Shown piece by piece: positions 27,296 through 31,029 of a stretch of 31,029 nt of DNA. The notes under the pieces were generated by a model. It saw nothing but the letters and a program-made list of their open reading frames with translations. It ran no database searches and was not told the origin of the DNA. How positions within the stretch are numbered: the stretch's first letter is position 1; each line of letters opens with the position of its first letter. The DNA comes from Sandaracinaceae bacterium (lineage in GTDB: Bacteria > Myxococcota_A > Polyangia > Polyangiales > Sandaracinaceae). The DNA lies in assembly GCA_044220955.1 (NCBI GenBank), contig JBGAQA010000083.1, forward strand, positions 1 to 31,029. Reading direction: 5' to 3'. Made by a program: the position numbers and the translations under genes.

Positions 27296-28039
27296 ATGAT
27301 CGGGCTCGGTGTGGGGCACGATGTCGTCGCGGTGCTTGTGTTGGCCGAGAGCACGCCGAAGTTCACGAGGGTGTTCTTGCGCGGCCTCGGGACCAGCGCG
27401 GCCAGGCGCGCGATGAACGCATCCGGCGTCATCGTGACGTGCGTGGTGCGGTCGCCCCACGGCCGCTTCAGTGCGATGCAGATGCGGCCGTCGTCGAGCG
27501 TGCGAAGTCGATCCAGCGCGACCGGTGGGCGGAGCAGGTAGCGGCAGAGTTGCTCGAGCCGGTCTCGCTCGTGCTCGTGCACGCACACTTCCGCGTCGAG
27601 GTCCCACTCGCCGAGGCGTGCCTTGCGGCGCGTGGGCAGGCGGAGGCCGAGGTCGTGCGGGTCGTCGTCCTGCGTACGCCGCTCGCTGCGCGTCGACGCG
27701 AAGTATGAGCGGGCGATGCTCTGCTCGTCCTCGTCGAGGTCGAGCTCGCGACCGTCGAGGAGGGGCTCTGTGCGCGCGATGGTGCGGAGCAGGATCGCCT
27801 CGACCTCCTCGGGCGTCGGCGCAGGCGCCCGGTGGAAGTCGCCGCGTGCGTCGTAGACCCCGTCGAGCGTGAGCGAGGTGGTAGTGGACGTTCAGGCGCA
27901 GGTCGCTGCTCGATCGATGGACGACCATCAGGGAGCCACCGCGCGGCGAGGGAATGCCCGTCTCACGGGCGCGTCCTCGATATCGGCGATCGATCTTCGC
28001 CTCGACCGCCCGCCAGAGCGCGAGCGTGGTGTCGGGATC
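27296..28039 (-). pseudogene. ISCR/IS91-family (HUH, rolling-circle) transposase remnant, truncated at both ends, two frameshifts
   Basis: Joined frames give ...RGGSLMVVHRSSSDLRLNVHYH/SLTLDGVY...RDRLEQLCRYLLRPPVALDRL...LKRPWGDRTTHV.MTP..FIARLAALVPRPRKN...FGVLSAN/HKHRDDIVP. Extra base at ~27877, missing base at ~27340. The N-terminal Zn-binding region and the C-terminal CxxC region are absent. Confidence 0.9.
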
Positions 28040-28301
28040 CTCGCGCTAGGCGCGAGCGTCGTCGGAGGGTCACCGCCCCACGCGCGACCGTCACGGAGCT
28101 GCGGCTCGAGTCGGCCGAGCGCGTGGCCATCGACACCGCGAGCCTCCTCGCCGTGCCGATGCACCAGCCTCGCTGATCTCCACTGGAAGCGATCACGCGA
28201 AAACGCGGGCTGGCGATCCGCGCGGCTCACTGCGCATCTCGGCGAACGCGCTCGGACACCTGGCCGATCCGGCTACCGCGGACCTGGACGATCGCTTCCA
28301 C
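28032..28301 (+). repeat. Direct repeat copy 2 (~270 bp), containing a gene-end fragment and a shortened TIR element (28184-28300)
   Basis: Offset about 2460 bp from copy 1. TIRs intact (28184-28194, 28290-28300). A 20-bp internal deletion removes one arm of the hairpin. Confidence 0.95.
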
Positions 28302-29229
28302 GGTGAGCGGGCGAGCCGAGGCGGGCGTCGGGCTCCGCCTGCGCGATCCGCCCGACGATGCACGGGCGTGGATCTTCGGTCGTGACGAGCGCGAACGTGA
28401 GCGCGCTGGCGCTCTGTTTGGCGCGGAGCGAAGCCTGCGCGCCACGATAGACGGGACCCTTGAGCCACACCTCGAGTCGATGTCGATCGGGCAGGCTGGG
28501 CAGTCGTGCGAGGCACGCGCCCAAGACGCGGCTCGGGTGATAGAGCGCGCGCCGGAAACCGAAGCGGCGGGCATAGAGGTCCAAGAGGTGAATCCCGTTG
28601 AAGTCGCCGGTGAACCCACCGAAGGCGAGCGCGCCGCGCTCGGACATCGACCACTCCGCCACCACGTCCACGGGCGGTTCCGGCGCGATGCTGCCCGCAG
28701 TCTGCACCGAGGGCGGCGCCACCAGGCCCGGCACGAGGAACGTCACGACGCTCTGCCAGTGCAGAGCGCCGTGAACGTGGACCTCGGTGTGCAGATCGAC
28801 CTCGCCCCCCTTCGGCGCGTGGCGTTGCGCGGCGATGCGCGTGACGAAGTCCAGCGGGGCTCGACGCGGAACCGGGCGGAGTTGGAGAAGCTGGTTTCGC
28901 ACCTGCAGGACTCGCCAGATTGGGGCGGGCATGCGCGGATCGGTGAGGAGCGCCATGTGGAGCCGGAAGCCGAACGTGAGCGGCAAGAGCGACGGCAGCG
29001 TCTCGGCGCGGCCGAGCCCCGTCAGATCGAGGAAGCGGTCGACCGCGCGCTCGTCGAGGCGCGTGCGCCAGCGCGCCACGATCGGCGGATACGTCTCCGC
29101 CCGCGGACCGCGTGCGAACGCTCCGAGCGTGTACCGCAGCGCCGACGGCTTTCGGGCGAAGACCCGCTCGGCGGGCGGTGGAGTTGCGGTGCGAGGTGCG
29201 GGGGAGCGGGCGCCTCGGGGCGAGTCCAT
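28273..29229 (-). CDS. MaoC-like double-hotdog acyl dehydratase
   Basis: LPSLLPLTFGFRLHMALLTD...VLQVRNQL..LRP N-terminal hotdog and hydratase motif FGGFTGDFNGIHL...ARRFGFRRALYH, WLKGPV. Start ATG 29229 or 29241. Confidence 0.85.
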   Translation of the reverse strand: MDSPRGARSPAPRTATPPPAERVFARKPSALRYTLGAFARGPRAETYPPIVARWRTRLDERAVDRFLDLTGLGRAETLPSLLPLTFGFRLHMALLTDPRMPAPIWRVLQVRNQLLQLRPVPRRAPLDFVTRIAAQRHAPKGGEVDLHTEVHVHGALHWQSVVTFLVPGLVAPPSVQTAGSIAPEPPVDVVAEWSMSERGALAFGGFTGDFNGIHLLDLYARRFGFRRALYHPSRVLGACLARLPSLPDRHRLEVWLKGPVYRGAQASLRAKQSASALTFALVTTEDPRPCIVGRIAQAEPDARLGSPAHRGSDRPGPR

Positions 29230-29451
29230 GGCGTCGAGCATGGGCGGGCGCGCGGCGGTGGCGCTTGATCTGCGCCGGCGAAACGTCGACGTCGCGCCAG
29301 GACGACGATCGCGCGGCTCCAGAGCGCACCTACGCGACCGTTCCGCCGGTGGACTGGGATGACGGCCGCTCACCGCGGCGTCCCGGCCGAGCTCTCTTCG
29401 GGCCCCGCCCGCGCGAGCGCTTGATCTCGCGCAAGAGGTCGTGCGGCGCGG

Positions 29452-30051
29452 GTGTTAGACGGCGGCCTGCGGCTCTTGGGCACGGTAGACGACTCGGTCA
29501 CGCGTGGAAGCACGGCGACGACCCCGTCGCTCGGCGCGGTCCTCGTGAAGGCGGCGGCGAGCCACACGCTCACCTACTTCGTCGTCGGTGTATCGTCCTT
29601 CTTCGTCTTGGACTACGCGGCCGCGTTCGTCGCCCCCGAGACGGCCGGCTACCTGCGGCCGACGACCGACGCGCTCGTCATGGCGGGGCCGATCTTCCAG
29701 CCCGTCCGCGGCGCGCTGCTCGGCTCGGCGCTCTGGCTAGTGCGAGACGCGGTCTTCGCCGCCCCGAGGGGGTGGCTTCGGATATGGGCGATCTTCCTCG
29801 TCGTGGGCGTCGTGTCGCCTTTCGGGGCGATGCCAGGATCGATCGAGGGCCTCGTCTACACGACCTGGCCCGTTTCTGCCCACCTGCGCCTCCTCCCCGA
29901 GCTCGTCGTTCAGACCGGGCTCCTGTCGTGGCTGCTCCATTCGTGGGTCGTGCGCCCGGACCGGCGCTGGATGACCTGGACGGTCGGCGGCGGCGCGGTC
30001 GTCGTCGTCGCCCTCGCGGTCGCGGGCCTGGCGGCGAGCGCGGCGCGGTGA
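29452..30051 (+). CDS. Membrane protein (about 5 TM segments), hypothetical
   Basis: Hydrophobic segments with conserved-looking motifs HTLTYF, AGPIFQPVRG, PGSIEGLVYT, LPELVVQ. Start uncertain. Confidence 0.75.
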   Translation: MLDGGLRLLGTVDDSVTRGSTATTPSLGAVLVKAAASHTLTYFVVGVSSFFVLDYAAAFVAPETAGYLRPTTDALVMAGPIFQPVRGALLGSALWLVRDAVFAAPRGWLRIWAIFLVVGVVSPFGAMPGSIEGLVYTTWPVSAHLRLLPELVVQTGLLSWLLHSWVVRPDRRWMTWTVGGGAVVVVALAVAGLAASAAR

Positions 30052-30054
30052 CCC

Positions 30055-30135
30055 CAAGCGACCGCGGTCGAGGAGCTCGCCCCTCGAATCGACGATCCGC
30101 GATCCGGCTCCCGCGGATCTGAACGATCGCTTCCA
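30055..30135 (+). repeat. Short copy of the TIR element (right half conserved) between convergent genes
   Basis: GATCCGCGATCCGGCTCCCGCGGATCTGAACGATCGCTTCCA (30094-30135) matches 25818-25859. The left end CCAAGCGACC is a degenerate TIR. Confidence 0.8.
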
Positions 30136-30161
30136 GCCGGAGCGGCGCCCGATTCGTCCGG

Positions 30162-31029
30162 CTACCCCGGATCGCCGGGCGCGAGCTCGACCACCATCGT
30201 CTCGTTTTCGCCGCCCTGCACCGTGATCGTGCGTGTCACCGGCGCGTACCCGGGGGCGTTGATGCTCACGACGTACTCGCCGATGTCGAGCACCAGCTCG
30301 TGGCTCTCGGCCGGCGTTCCGTTCACCGTCACGTCCGCGATCTCGGGTGAGGCCTGTACCACGATGCGCGCGGTGTAGCGCTCCGCGCGGCGGATGAGGT
30401 TCTCGAGCGCGGCTCGCTGCTCGTCGGTCAGCGGCACCACGTCGGACACGAGCGACTCGCGCCCGAACCCGATGCACTCGACGTAGTGGCGAAGCTCGAA
30501 GGCGGTCATCGAGAGCCCACGCAGCGTGCGAGCCGACGGTCGCAGTGCATGCGCGCGCCTGAACAGCGCGAACGCTTCGTGGTAGTCGTTCGCGTCGAAC
30601 TCCCCGAGCGCCTCGGTGACGACCCGGCGATACTCGTCCTCGTCGAAGCCCGCGTCGGCCGCAGCCAGCGGCTGGAAGACCACGGTGCCGGATGCGGTCG
30701 CGTGCGACGGCAGGCCGCTGAGAGCGGGAGCCCGCGACGTCGGCGGTGCGGGCGGAGCCGCCGCGGGCCACGCGCCCAGGCCCAGCGCCGCCAGCACGGC
30801 CGCGGCTGCGGCCAGATACCACGGACCGCGGTGCATGGGCGCGGGCACGGCCGTGGTCGGTGCGGCGGCGACGCCGAGCGGTGCCGCGGGCTCTGGCCGC
30901 GCCGTCTCTGCGAGCGCGTCGATACCCGAGGGAGCCGACGGCCGACCGAGCGCAGCGAGCAGCTCGCTGCGGAGCGCCGCGGCTTCGGCAGGGCGCTTCG
31001 TCGGGTCCTTCTCCAGGCAGCGGCGAACC
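30162..31029 (-). CDS. 3' part of a membrane Ser/Thr protein kinase with extracytoplasmic TPR-like and PEGA domains; 5' end lies outside the window
   Basis: The frame is open to the window edge and begins VRRCLEKDPTKRPAEAAALRSEL (kinase subdomain XI), then a linker, TM helix (WYLAAAAAVLAALGLGAW), TPR-like helices and PEGA (ASPEIADVTVNG...GEYVVSINAPGYAPVTRTITV). Confidence 0.88.
   Translation of the reverse strand, partial: VRRCLEKDPTKRPAEAAALRSELLAALGRPSAPSGIDALAETARPEPAAPLGVAAAPTTAVPAPMHRGPWYLAAAAAVLAALGLGAWPAAAPPAPPTSRAPALSGLPSHATASGTVVFQPLAAADAGFDEDEYRRVVTEALGEFDANDYHEAFALFRRAHALRPSARTLRGLSMTAFELRHYVECIGFGRESLVSDVVPLTDEQRAALENLIRRAERYTARIVVQASPEIADVTVNGTPAESHELVLDIGEYVVSINAPGYAPVTRTITVQGGENETMVVELAPGDPG

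Noticed and set aside
22820..30135. Repeat elements as integron attC sites
   Set aside because: They lack the RYYYAAC...GTTRRRY core ends, occur in both orientations, and no integron integrase is in the window.

Overview
Very GC-rich bacterial DNA whose gene content points to Myxococcota, probably Polyangiales/Sandaracinaceae-like (inference from the Cys-rich DAG-linker lipoproteins, TPR/PEGA proteins, an AgmX/PglI-type domain and a Ser/Thr kinase). Most ORFs in the supplied track are GC-rich shadow frames; about 27 real CDSs plus one transposase pseudogene can be supported. Left part (1-11.4 kb): a truncated PAS histidine kinase, then mostly secreted lipoproteins (Cys-rich, ZU5-like, RCC1, beta-helix), a TPR protein, an SMI1/KNR4-like protein and a tandem arrestin-fold protein coupled to an AgmX/TonB-C-like lipoprotein. 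Middle (11.5-20.1 kb): a membrane diguanylate cyclase, then a tightly coupled five-gene operon of two phytoene-dehydrogenase-like (COG1233) flavoproteins and three SCP2-fold proteins, the best candidate for an undescribed lipid-modifying system. A dimethylglycine-dehydrogenase-like gene converges on it. Right part (20.2-31 kb): more lipoproteins, an SRPBCC protein, membrane proteins, an esterase, a MaoC-like dehydratase and the 3' end of a Ser/Thr kinase. A ~290-bp diverged direct repeat brackets the esterase and a broken ISCR/IS91-family transposase, an arrangement resembling ISCR-mediated gene capture. A ~135-bp intergenic element with 11-bp terminal inverted repeats occurs in at least four copies. 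No rRNA, tRNA or CRISPR array was seen. All family calls come from motif recognition by eye, not database searches.
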